Assembly (NCBI RefSeq): GCF_000025685.1
Contig: NC_013967.1
Span: 750,001-782,000 of the forward strand
Origin: Haloferax volcanii DS2
Lineage (GTDB): Archaea; Halobacteriota; Halobacteria; Halobacteriales; Haloferacaceae
Reading direction: 5' to 3'
DNA: 32,000 nt
Shown here: positions 15,038-24,650 of the stretch, piece after piece
Layout of the letters: every line of letters starts with the position of its first letter
Numbering within the stretch: position 1 is the stretch's first letter
Notes under the pieces: generated by a model
The model's database searches: none
Told to the model about the DNA's origin: nothing
Seen by the model: only the letters and a program-made list of their open reading frames with translations
Made by a program: the position numbers and the translations under genes

Positions 15038-16359
15038 CACGGGTGATACACACCGGCGACACCCACCTCGGGTATCAGCAGTACCACTCGCCGGAGCGCC
15101 GACAGGACTTCCTCGACGCCTTCGAGCGGGTCGTCGCGGACGCGCTCGACGGAGACGTGGACGCCGTCGTCCACGCGGGCGACCTCTACCACGACCGCCG
15201 TCCCGAACTCCCCGACCTTCTCGGGACGCTCGCCGCGCTCCGCCGCCTCGACGACGCCGGGATTCCCTTCCTCGCCATCGTCGGCAACCACGAGTCGACC
15301 CGCGGCGGGCAGTGGCTCGACCTCTTCGAGCGCCTCGGACTGGCGACGAGGCTCGGGCGCGACCCGCACGTCGTCGGCGGCGTGGCGTTCTACGGCCTCG
15401 ACCACGTGCCGCGCTCCCGCCGCGACGAACTCGACTACCAGTTCGACCCCGTCGACGCCGACCGCGCGGTGCTCGTCGCCCACGGGCTGTTCACACCCTT
15501 TGCGCACGCCGACTGGGAGACCGAAACCGTCCTCGCCGAGTCGAACGTCGACTTCGACGCGGTCCTCCTCGGCGATAACCACGTCCCCGACACCGCCGAG
15601 CTCGACGGGACGTGGGTGACCTACTGCGGCTCGACCGAGCGCGCGAGCGCGAGCGAGCGCGACCCCCGAGGGTACAACCTCGTCGAGTTCACGCCCGACG
15701 CGGTCGACATCCGCCGGCGAACCCTCGAAACGCGCCCGTTCGCGTTCGTCGAGGTCGACCTCGCCGGCGACGAGGGTATCGAGCGCGTCCGCCAGCGCGT
15801 CCGCGAGTTCGACCTCGAAGACGCGGTCGTCATCGTCGAACTGCGGGGCGAGGGCGAAACCGTCACGCCCGCGGCGGTCGAGTCGTTCGCCGTCGAGGAG
15901 GGCGCGCTCGTCGCCCGCGTCAACGACAAGCGCGACATCGACGACGACGGCGACTTGGCGACCGACGTGACCTTCGCCGACCCCGACGACGCGGTGCGCG
16001 AGCGGGTCCGCGAGATGGGCCTGTCGAGCGCCGCCCTCGACGTGGACGAGACGGTCCGCGCGAGCAAGGTCGCCGACTCGAACGTCCGCGACGAGGTGCG
16101 CGAGCGCGTCGAATCGCTCCTCTCGGACGACCCGGACGCCTTCGTCGCCGCCGAGCGCGAGAGCGACGCCGAAGCCGAGGAGTCGGAGAGCGTCGAGGAC
16201 GCGGCGGACGGCGAAGACGCGGCGGCCGTCGAAGACACAGCCGAGACGGCCGCTGAAGCGGCGACCGACACCGACACCGAGACGACGGCCGACACCGACT
16301 CGGAGACCGCCGCGGACCCCGCGGCGAGCCGCGACAGTTCGCTGGGTGATTTCGCGTGA
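15034..16359 (+). CDS. mre11: DNA double-strand break repair nuclease Mre11
   Basis: Phosphoesterase motifs [15 protein letters not shown] and GNHES. Long acidic low-complexity C-terminal tail. The stop overlaps the rad50 GTG (GTGA). Confidence 0.95.
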
Positions 16360-19037
16360 GATTCACCCGAATCGCCATCCGGAACTTCAAACCCTACGAG
16401 GACGCCGAACTCGACCTTCGAGACGGCGTCACGGTCATCCACGGCGTCAACGGCAGCGGCAAGTCGTCGCTCCTCGAAGCGTGTTTCTTCGCGCTCTACG
16501 GCTCGAAGGCGCTCGCGGGGACGCTCGAAGACGTGGTGACGACGGGCGCGGACGACGCCGAAATCACGCTCGAATTCGTCCACGACGGCGGCGAGTACCG
16601 CATCGACCGCCGGGTTCGCGTCTCCGGCGACCGCGCGACCACCGCCAAGTGCGTCCTCGACGGCCCCGAGGGAACCGTCGAAGGCGCGCGCGACGTTCGC
16701 CGGCACGTCGCGTCGCTCCTGCGGATGGACGCCGAGGCGTTCGTGAACTGCGCGTACGTCCAGCAGGGCGAGGTCAACAAGCTCATCAACGCGACGCCGA
16801 GCCAGCGCCAGGACATGATTGACGACCTCCTGCAACTCGGAAAGCTCGAAACGTACCGCGAGCGCGCCGGCAACGCCCGGCTCGGGGTCGAAGACGTGCT
16901 GACGAAAAAGCGGAGCGTCCTCGAAGACGTCGAGTCGCAAATCGAGGCCAAGGAGGACGCGGACCTCCACGCGACGCTCAACGCGCTCGAATCCGAACTC
17001 GACTCCCTCGACGAGGAGATTTCGAACTACGAGAGCCAGCGCGACAAGGCGAAGTCGGCGCTCGACGCCGCCGAGGCGACGCTCGACGAACACGCCGAAA
17101 AGCGGGAGCGACTCGACGAAATCGAGTCGGCCATCGAGGACCTGACCGCGAAAATCTCCGCCGACGAGACGAAGCGCGACGACCTCTCGGAGCGCGTCCG
17201 GGAACTCGACGCCGCCGCCGACGAACTCGAATCCGACATCGACGACGCCCTCGCCCGGGCGGACCTCGACGACGCGAGCGACGAGGCGATAGCCGACGCG
17301 CGAGAGGCGCTGTCGGCGCGCGAATCCGAACTGCGCGACGACCTCTCCGAGGCGCGGACGCGGGCGCAGGCCTTCGAGACGCAGGCCGAGCGCCTCCGCG
17401 AGCGCGCCGACGACCTCGAATCGCGCGCCGAGGAGAAACGCGAGGCCGCCGAGGTCGACGCGGAGACCGCCGCCGAGGCCGAACGAGAACTCGAATCGTT
17501 CCGCGAGACGCGCGCGGAGCTTCGGTCGGCGCTCGACGACGCCGAAGCGCGGTTCGAGGACGCCCCCGTCGAACTCGGCGAGGCCGCCGACCTGCTCGAA
17601 GAACGACGCGAGGCGCGCTCCGAGGCCCGCGAGTCGCTCGCGGAGACGGAGACCGAACTGAAGAACGCGCGCGAGCGCCTCGCCGAGGCCGAGCGCCTCC
17701 GCGACGCGGGAAAGTGCCCCGAGTGCGGACAGCCGGTCGAGGGGTCGCCCCACGTCGACGCCATCAGTGAGCGCGAGGCCGCGGTCGAGTCGCTGGAGGC
17801 CGACCGCGAATCGCTCGAATCGGCAGTCGAGTCGCGCTCGGCGGCCGTCGAGGCGGCCGAGGCGCTCGTCGAGGTCGAGACCCGCGCGAGTTCCCGGCGC
17901 GACAGACTCGACCTCGTGGACGAACGCATCGCCGACCGCGAGGAGACGGTCGAGAGTCGCCGCGAGGCCGCCGAAGAAAAGCGCGAGGCCGCCGCGGAAC
18001 TCGACTCGGAGGCCGAGGAGAAACGCGAGGCCGCGACGACGCAGGCCGAGCGGGCCGAGGAGGTCGCGGAGACGGTTGATTCGCTCGAATCGGACCTCGA
18101 CACCCTCGACGACCGGCGCGACCGGCTCGACCGCGTCGAATCGCTGGTCGATACGCGGGCCGAGAAAATCGACGCGCGGGACCGGCTCCGCGAGAAGCGC
18201 GAGACGCTCGCAGAGGTGAACCGCGAGCGTCGCGAACACCTCCGCGAGCGTCGCGAGCGCCGAGACGAACTCCGCGAGACGGTCGACGAGGAGGCGGTCG
18301 AGGGGGCGAAACAGCGCAAGAAAAACGCCGCGGCGTACCTCGAACGGGTCGAAGACGAGGTGCTTCCCGAGTTGCGTGAGAAGCGCGATGACCTCCAGAG
18401 TCGCGTCGGCGGCGTCGAGGCCGAACTCGAACAGTTGGACGACCTCCGAGAGCGCCGCGACCACCTCGCCGAGCGCGTGGACGCCCTCGAATCGGTCCAC
18501 GACGAGGTCTCGACGCTCGAATCGACCTACGGCGACCTCCGGGCGGAGCTTCGACAGCGCAACGTCGAGGTGCTCGAACGGATGCTCAACGAGACGTTCG
18601 ACCTCGTCTACGCCAACGACGCCTACTCGCGCATCCGACTCGACGGCGAGTACGGCTTGACGGTGTTCCAGAAGGACGGCACCGCGCTCGAACCCGAACA
18701 GCTCTCGGGCGGCGAGCGCGCCCTGTTCAACCTCAGCCTCCGGTGTGCAATCTACCGACTCCTCGCCGAGGGCATCGACGGCGCGGCCCCGCTCCCGCCG
18801 CTCATCCTCGACGAGCCGACGGTGTTCCTCGACGGCGGCCACGTCTCGCGGCTGGTCGACCTCGTCGAGGACATGCAGAGCCGCGGCGTCAAGCAGATTC
18901 TCATCGTCAGCCACGACGAAGACCTGGTCGGCGCGGCCGACGACCTCGTCCGCGTGGAGAAGAACCCGACGACGAACCGCTCGACGGTCGAGCGGACCGA
19001 CGCGCCGATAGTCGAAGGCGCGCTCGCGGACGACTGA
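16356..19037 (+). CDS. rad50: DNA double-strand break repair ATPase Rad50
   Basis: Walker [10 protein letters not shown], very long coiled coil, zinc hook CPECGQP (17714-17725), signature [14 protein letters not shown], and Walker [12 protein letters not shown]. Confidence 0.95.
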
Positions 19038-19062
19038 GGGCGGTCGGCTCCGCCGCGATAGC

Positions 19063-19500
19063 CTACTCGCGTGCGCCGTTCGCCCGCAGTAATTCGACTC
19101 CCTCTTTCGCGGCATCGGTCGCCTCGTAGCCGCGCTCCCCGTAGACCGTGGTCTCGACGACGAGGCCGGCGGCCCGGAACTCGGTCAAGAGACCGTGGAG
19201 GTCGCTCTCGCAGAGGTCGTAGGCTCCGAGGAGGTCGACCACGGGGAGCGGCCCGCGGTCGACGAGGTCGACGAGCAGGCCCAGTCCGCGCTCGGTCGGG
19301 ACCGCGACGAGGATTCGGCGGACCGGTTCGGGGACGGCGCGCGCGGCGGTTTCGAGCGGGGATTCGCCGCTCACGGCTTCGAGGTCGTCGTTCGGCAGGT
19401 GCCGCTCCTCGCCGGTCTCCGGGTCGCGGACGCGGCTGGCGTCGCTCGACTGCTTGACGAGGAGATACGTCCGGCCGTCGGGTCCGCAGACGGTTCGCAT
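19063..19500 (-). CDS. hypothetical protein (145 aa), possible wHTH-like C-terminal domain
   Basis: Acidic haloarchaeal composition and high GC3. It lies 27 nt downstream of 19528..20085 on the same strand. Function unknown. Confidence 0.65.
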   Translation of the reverse strand: MRTVCGPDGRTYLLVKQSSDASRVRDPETGEERHLPNDDLEAVSGESPLETAARAVPEPVRRILVAVPTERGLGLLVDLVDRGPLPVVDLLGAYDLCESDLHGLLTEFRAAGLVVETTVYGERGYEATDAAKEGVELLRANGARE

Positions 19501-19527
19501 ACGTCCCGGCGAAGGGCGCGGCGACTG

Positions 19528-20085
19528 TTAGCGGTTGCGCTCGGGGGCGTCTTCGCGTTCGTCATCAGTTCCCGACGCGTCGTCGCTCTCGGCTGAGTCG
19601 CCGTCGTCCGCGTCATCGCCGTCGCTGTCGTCGCCGTCGTCGTCCCGCCACTCCCCTCGCTTGAACTCTCGGTAGATGGAGTGGACGCGGACGAGCACGA
19701 CCGCGCCGAACAGAAACAGGCCGCCGCCGAGGAGCGTATCGCCGCGGAAGTAGACGAGCATCGGCCCCACCGTGAGTCCCGCGAGGCCGACGTTCGCGAG
19801 CACGACGCTCGCCCAGAACAGCCGGGCGGCCTCGGGATTCACGTCGGGCGAGAACTCCGGCGCGTCGTCGCCGGCGTCCTCGCCGGGGATGCCGACGCGG
19901 GGAATCGTCGGGAGGTCCTTCTCGGGGTTGCCCCAGCGGGTTTCCGGGTCCCAGCGGGCCTCGGGGTCGCCCCACCGCTTTTCGGGGTCGATCTCCGAGG
20001 CCATGTCCGCCGACGGACGCTCCGCGTCGTCGTCTTCGTCGGCCGCGTCCGTGGCTGTTCCCTCGCGTCGCTCGTCGTCCGTCAC
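19528..20085 (-). CDS. hypothetical membrane protein with an N-terminal RWG(D/N)PE tandem repeat and acidic tails
   Basis: Two TM helices (LFWASVVLANVGLAGLTVGPMLV, LLGGGLFLFGAVVLVRV) flanked by highly acidic N- and C-termini. Confidence 0.7.
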   Translation of the reverse strand: MTDDERREGTATDAADEDDDAERPSADMASEIDPEKRWGDPEARWDPETRWGNPEKDLPTIPRVGIPGEDAGDDAPEFSPDVNPEAARLFWASVVLANVGLAGLTVGPMLVYFRGDTLLGGGLFLFGAVVLVRVHSIYREFKRGEWRDDDGDDSDGDDADDGDSAESDDASGTDDEREDAPERNR

Positions 20086-20133
20086 GCTCGCGTCGAGACG
20101 CCGTGCCGAGAAAAAGTGTCCGTTTCGGCCGAG

Positions 20134-20319
20134 TCAGGCGCAGTCGTCGAGGCGCATCGAACTCGAGGCCTCGACCCACGCGAGTGGGTTCTCCGCGTCG
20201 TAGAACACCACGCCACCGTCGATATCGTAGGATTCGACCGTCTCGGCTCCCGTCGGACCAGTCGGTCCGTCGCCGTCGATCGTGCCATCCCACCGCTCCG
20301 GAGTTGCGTGGTCGGTCAT
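20134..20319 (-). CDS. small acidic protein (61 aa)
   Basis: MTDHATPERWDGTIDGDGPTGPTGAETVESYDIDGGVVFYDAENPLAWVEASSSMRLDDCA. This is the only plausible part of the 905-aa track ORF, which otherwise runs antisense to polB. A TATA-like TTTATC (minus strand, forward coordinates 20347-20352) lies about 30 bp upstream. Confidence 0.6.
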   Translation of the reverse strand: MTDHATPERWDGTIDGDGPTGPTGAETVESYDIDGGVVFYDAENPLAWVEASSSMRLDDCA

Positions 20320-20395
20320 ATCGTATGACAAGGAATGACATACATAGATAAATGTCTTTCCGTGGTTCCGGGTGCGGTTCGCGGAAACGCCGGGG

Positions 20396-20401
20396 TTTTT
20401 A
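20396..20401 (+). promoter_or_regulatory. putative TATA box (TTTTTA) for a leaderless polB transcript
   Basis: Centred about 26 bp upstream of ATG 20425. This supports 20425 rather than 20335 as the start. Confidence 0.45.
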
Positions 20402-20424
20402 GCCGCGCCGCCGAAGCGATTGCC

Positions 20425-23400
20425 ATGACGCAGACGGGTCTGACCGACTTCGGGGGGAACGACACCGACGGCGCGGGCGACGCGCGGCCTGACGAGGAGG
20501 CCGCCATCGTCGCCGGCGACGCCGGCCAGCACGTCTCCGACGTCGTCGACACGGACGAGGTGCGGTTTCCCGACCCGGACGGGACGGTCGAACTGGCCGT
20601 CACGCAGGTCGATTACACCATCGAGGGCGCGGGCCGCGACGAGTACCCGGTGATTCACATCTTCGGCCGGACGGCCGACGACGAGACCGAACACGTCCGC
20701 GTACTCGGGTTTCGGCCGTACTTCTACGCCCCCACCGACAGCCTCGACGACGGCGACCTCGACAAGGACGTTATCACCGGCACCGAGGACGGCTACGAGA
20801 GCATCCGCGGCGAGGAGCTGACGAAGATTTTCGGCCGCACCCCCCGCGACGTCGGGCAGATTCGCGACGAGTTCGACCACTACGAGGCGGACATCCTCTT
20901 TCCGAACCGCCTGCTCATTGACAAGGACATCAAAGGCGGCGTCAGCGTCCCCGAGCGCCGCCTCGACGACGGGACGATTCAGATTCCTCACCAGGAAGTC
21001 GCGCCCGCGGAGGTCGACGCGAACCTCCGGGTGAACACCTTCGACATCGAGGTCAACGACCGGAACGGCTTCCCCGAGGAGGGTGAAGAGCCGATTATCT
21101 GTCTTACCAGCCACGACTCCTACCGCGACGAGTACGTCGTCTGGCACGCCGTGGCCGACGAGGGCCTCGGTAAGCGCCCCGACACGTTGCCGAACTACGA
21201 CTTCCTCGGGGAGGACGGAGACGTGGAGGTCCGGACGTTCGACGAGGAGGCCGCGATGCTCGACGCCTTCCTCACGTACATCGAGGAGACCGACCCCGAC
21301 ATCCTCACCGGGTGGAACTTCGAGGACTTCGACGCGCCGTACTTCCTCGACCGCTTGGAGGAAGTCGACGAGCGGACCGACCTGAACCTCGACTACAACC
21401 GCATCTCGCGGCTCGGCGAGGTGTGGCGCGGCGGCTGGGGCGGCCCGGACATCAAGGGTCGCGTCGTCTTCGACCTGCTGTACGCCTACAAGCGAACCCA
21501 GTTCACCGAACTCGAGTCCTACCGCCTCGACGCGGTGGGCGAACTCGAACTCGACGCGGGCAAGGAGCGCTACTCGGGCGACATCGGTGACCTCTGGGAG
21601 GAAGACCCCGAACGCCTGCTCGAATACAACCTCCGCGACGTGGAGCTGTGCGTCGAAATCGACCGGAAACAGGACATCATCGCCTTCTGGGACGAGGTGC
21701 GGACGTTCGTCGGCTGTAAGCTCGAAGACGCGCCGACGCCCGGCGACACCGTCGACATCTACGTCCTCCACAAGGTTCACGGCGAGTTCGCGCTCCCCTC
21801 GAAGGGGAAACAGGAGTCGGAGGACTACGAGGGCGGGGCCGTCTTCGACCCCATCACCGGCGTCAAGGAGAACGTCACGGTGCTCGACCTGAAGTCGCTG
21901 TACCCGATGTGTATGGTGACTATCAACGCGTCGCCGGAGACGAAAGTCGACCCCGAGCGCTACGACGGCGAGATGTTCCGCGCGCCCAACGGGACGCACT
22001 TCCAGCAGGAGCCGGACGGGATGATTCGGGAGATGGTCGACGAACTCCTCACCGAGCGGGAGGAAAAGAAGTCGCTGCGGAACTCCCACGACCCCGGCTC
22101 CTCGGAGTACGAGCAGTTCGACCGCCAGCAGGCCGCGGTGAAGGTCATCATGAACTCGCTGTACGGCGTGCTGGGCTGGGACCGCTTCCGACTCTACGAC
22201 AAGGAGATGGGCGCGGCGGTGACGGCGACCGGTCGGAAGGTCATCGAGTTCACGGAGCAGGCCGCGAACCAAATCGGCTACGACGTGGCCTACGGCGACA
22301 GCGTGACGGGAGATCGCCCGGTCGTCGTCAGAGACCCCGGTGGGACTGTTCGAATCCTTCCTATCGAGGACTTGTTTGCCCGCGGAACGACTGAATCTGA
22401 GGTACTCATCGCTGCCGACGGGGACGTCGTCGCAAGTGCCACTCCCGGGAAGACTCGCCGAGCGCTCGACGGGTGGGACGCCCTCTCTGTGAACGAAGAT
22501 GGAGAGGCGGAGTGGCAACCGATTGCGCAGGCGATTCGCCATAACACAGACAAACCGGTGGTGAACCTCCAACACAAGTTCGGTGAGTCGACGACGACGA
22601 GAGACCACTCGTACGTCGTCCCCGGTGAAGACGGCCTCACAACTGTCTCTCCGGACGACGTGGCGGAGCCGTATCGCGTCTCCGGGGTACCCGATGTCGA
22701 GCCTGTCGAGCAGGTCGACGTCTACGAGGTCCTTCGTGGGTACGAACGCGAGTACGAGGACGGACGGAGCGTCGGGAGCGATAATTCGATAACGAAGCGG
22801 AAACAAATCCATGCGGACGACGAGTATGTCTGGTTCGGCCACGAGCACCACCGAGACGTCGACTCGACCGTCAAAGTCAAACGATTCGTCGATATCGACA
22901 GCGAAGATGGTGCAGCACTCATTCGGCTCCTCGGTGCGTACGTCCCTGAAGGAAGCGCCTCCACTGGCGAGACGGCGACGTCGAAATTCGGGGCCAGTCT
23001 CGCTGAATCCGACCGTGAGTGGCTAGCCCAACTCCAGCGAGATTACTCTCGACTGTTCGAGAACACGACCGCCGGTATCATTACGAGCGACCGACGAGCG
23101 GAGCGAACCGTCGAGTATCAAACGGACACAGGCGGTGCGTCGGTCACGTACAATGACGAGACGCTGAAACTGCAGATGATGAACGAACTCGCTGCTGTGT
23201 TCTTCCGCGAGTTCGCAGGGCAGACGTCGCGTGGTAAACGGATCCCCTCATTCGTCTTCCACCTTCCCGAGGAGAAGCAAGACTTGTTCCTGACGTTGCT
23301 CGTCGAAGGCGATGGATCTCGCGAATTCCCACGATACACCGAAGCGTACGCACAGCGAAACTTCGACTTCGAGACGACGAGCCGAGAACTTGCTGCCGGT

Positions 23401-24432
23401 CTCTCGATGTTGCTCACGCAACGGGGGCAAAAACACTCGCTCAAGTATCGGGACAGTAAAGACTCGTACACTATTCGGACGTGTAGCACCTACCGGGAAG
23501 GCCGAGACCCCGTGCTGACCGAAGCCGACCACGACGGCTACGTGTACGACCTGAGCGTCGAAGAAAACGAAAACTTCGTCGACGGTGTTGGAGGTATCGT
23601 CCTTCACAACACCGACAGCGTCATGCTCGAACTCGGCCCCGACGTGTCGAAACAGGAGGCCATCGAGCAGTCGTTCGACATCGAGGAGCACATCAACGCC
23701 GCCTACGACGACTTCGCGCGCGACGAGTTGGGCGCGGACGAACACCGCTTCCAAATCGAGTTCGAGAAGCTGTACCGGCGGTTCTTCCAGGCGGGGAAGA
23801 AGAAGCGCTATGCGGGCCACATCGTCTGGAAGGAGGGCAAGGACGTCGACGACATCGACATCACGGGCTTCGAGTACAAGCGCTCGGACATCGCGCAGAT
23901 AACGAAAGAGGTCCAGAAGAACGTCATCGACATGATCGTCCACGGCGAGGAGACGGAAGTCATCAACGACTACCTCCACGACATCATCACCGACTTCGAG
24001 TCGGGGAACCTGCCGCTCGAACAGGCCGGTATCCCCGGCGGAATCGGCAAGCGCCTCTCGGCGTACGAGACACCGACCGCGCACGTCCGGGGCGCGCAGT
24101 ACGCCAACGCCTTCCTCGGGACGAACTTCGGGCGGGGCTCGAAGCCGAAGCGGGTCTACCTCAAGAAGGTCCACCCGTCGTGGTTCCGCGAGATGGAGAC
24201 CGGCGAGTTCGACCCGCAGGTCGACGACCTCTACCGCGAGTTCAAGCGCGACCCCGACGTCATCTGCTTCGAGTACGCCGACCAGATTCCGGCGGCGTTC
24301 GAGGTCGACTGGGACACGATGCTCACCAAGACGCTCGAAGGGCCCATCTCCCGCGTCATCGAGGCGCTCGGGATGTCGTGGGACGAGGTGAAAAGCGGAC
24401 AGGAACAGACCGGCCTCGGGAGCTTCATGTGA
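20425..24432 (+). CDS. polB: family B DNA polymerase (PolB) precursor containing one intein
   Basis: Exo I FDIEV, Exo II ILTGWNFEDFDAPYF, Exo III YNLRDVEL, Pol A DLKSLYPMCM, Pol B KVIMNSLYGVLG, and Pol C YGD//TDS split by the intein. The precursor is 1335 aa and the spliced extein 898 aa. Confidence 0.95.
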   Translation: MTQTGLTDFGGNDTDGAGDARPDEEAAIVAGDAGQHVSDVVDTDEVRFPDPDGTVELAVTQVDYTIEGAGRDEYPVIHIFGRTADDETEHVRVLGFRPYFYAPTDSLDDGDLDKDVITGTEDGYESIRGEELTKIFGRTPRDVGQIRDEFDHYEADILFPNRLLIDKDIKGGVSVPERRLDDGTIQIPHQEVAPAEVDANLRVNTFDIEVNDRNGFPEEGEEPIICLTSHDSYRDEYVVWHAVADEGLGKRPDTLPNYDFLGEDGDVEVRTFDEEAAMLDAFLTYIEETDPDILTGWNFEDFDAPYFLDRLEEVDERTDLNLDYNRISRLGEVWRGGWGGPDIKGRVVFDLLYAYKRTQFTELESYRLDAVGELELDAGKERYSGDIGDLWEEDPERLLEYNLRDVELCVEIDRKQDIIAFWDEVRTFVGCKLEDAPTPGDTVDIYVLHKVHGEFALPSKGKQESEDYEGGAVFDPITGVKENVTVLDLKSLYPMCMVTINASPETKVDPERYDGEMFRAPNGTHFQQEPDGMIREMVDELLTEREEKKSLRNSHDPGSSEYEQFDRQQAAVKVIMNSLYGVLGWDRFRLYDKEMGAAVTATGRKVIEFTEQAANQIGYDVAYGDSVTGDRPVVVRDPGGTVRILPIEDLFARGTTESEVLIAADGDVVASATPGKTRRALDGWDALSVNEDGEAEWQPIAQAIRHNTDKPVVNLQHKFGESTTTRDHSYVVPGEDGLTTVSPDDVAEPYRVSGVPDVEPVEQVDVYEVLRGYEREYEDGRSVGSDNSITKRKQIHADDEYVWFGHEHHRDVDSTVKVKRFVDIDSEDGAALIRLLGAYVPEGSASTGETATSKFGASLAESDREWLAQLQRDYSRLFENTTAGIITSDRRAERTVEYQTDTGGASVTYNDETLKLQMMNELAAVFFREFAGQTSRGKRIPSFVFHLPEEKQDLFLTLLVEGDGSREFPRYTEAYAQRNFDFETTSRELAAGLSMLLTQRGQKHSLKYRDSKDSYTIRTCSTYREGRDPVLTEADHDGYVYDLSVEENENFVDGVGGIVLHNTDSVMLELGPDVSKQEAIEQSFDIEEHINAAYDDFARDELGADEHRFQIEFEKLYRRFFQAGKKKRYAGHIVWKEGKDVDDIDITGFEYKRSDIAQITKEVQKNVIDMIVHGEETEVINDYLHDIITDFESGNLPLEQAGIPGGIGKRLSAYETPTAHVRGAQYANAFLGTNFGRGSKPKRVYLKKVHPSWFREMETGEFDPQVDDLYREFKRDPDVICFEYADQIPAAFEVDWDTMLTKTLEGPISRVIEALGMSWDEVKSGQEQTGLGSFM
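22300..23610 (+). mobile_element. intein (437 aa) with LAGLIDADG homing-endonuclease domain, inserted in PolB motif C
   Basis: N-terminal splice junction is YGD|SVTGD (Ser1). Block B is TTRDH. LAGLIDADG motifs are LIRLLGAYVPEGSA (about 22912-22960) and LFLTLLVEGDGS (about 23281-23325). Block F is YVYDLSVEENENFV. C-terminal junction is VLHN|TDS (Thr+1). GC is visibly lower than in the flanking extein. Confidence 0.92.
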
Positions 24433-24650
24433 CCGGCCGTATCACCGAGTAATGAAACTATATTCGGTTACATAGACGACGGCACCGTAACGTTGTTCGG
24501 CTGTCCAAAACCCGGACGAGCGTTCCGAACTGGCGTGATTCTTTGCGGTTTTGAAAACAAATTTTCTTTCTACAAAAGGTGGCGGGGGTGAATGCGCAAG
24601 CATTATGGGCGATACTCCCCACCCTTCGAGTACGAGGCAACGAACCAACG

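Noticed and set aside
14214-15582. ORFs 14214..14999 -, 14252..15037 + (N-terminal 124 codons), 14587..15582 - and 14820..15578 +
   Set aside because: They cross the AT-rich divergent promoter or run antisense to the wHTH gene, ORF137 and mre11. Only the segment from ATG 14624 onward in the 14252 frame has coding-like codon usage.
16130-16340. Apparent tandem DNA repeats (GACACCGA..., GCCGAAGCC...) at the 3' end of mre11, and periodic CTCGAATC/GTCGAG motifs throughout rad50
   Set aside because: These are explained by the acidic low-complexity tail of Mre11 ([15 protein letters not shown]) and by heptad-like Glu/Leu/Asp/Arg codon reuse in the Rad50 coiled coil. They are not independent repeat elements or a CRISPR-like array, because there is no regular repeat-spacer structure.
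15621-19115. 1164-aa ORF on the minus strand spanning mre11 and rad50
   Set aside because: It is entirely antisense to two genes with unambiguous motifs. Its composition is Arg/Val/Leu/Glu low complexity with no motifs. This is a classic long shadow ORF caused by the scarcity of stop codons in high-GC DNA.
20320-22851. Upstream 844 codons of the 905-aa minus-strand ORF overlapping polB
   Set aside because: This part is antisense to polB and has a basic, Arg/Val-rich composition. Only the last 61 codons (20134..20319), which lie outside polB and are acidic, look like a real gene.
24579-24650. N-terminal extension of sufC from GTG 24579 (MAGVNAQALWAILPTLRVRGNEPT)
   Set aside because: SufC proteins normally begin right at the beta-strand preceding the Walker A motif (MATLEIKNLH). 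The extension is non-acidic and overlaps the structured leader. It is kept only as part of the leader-region finding.
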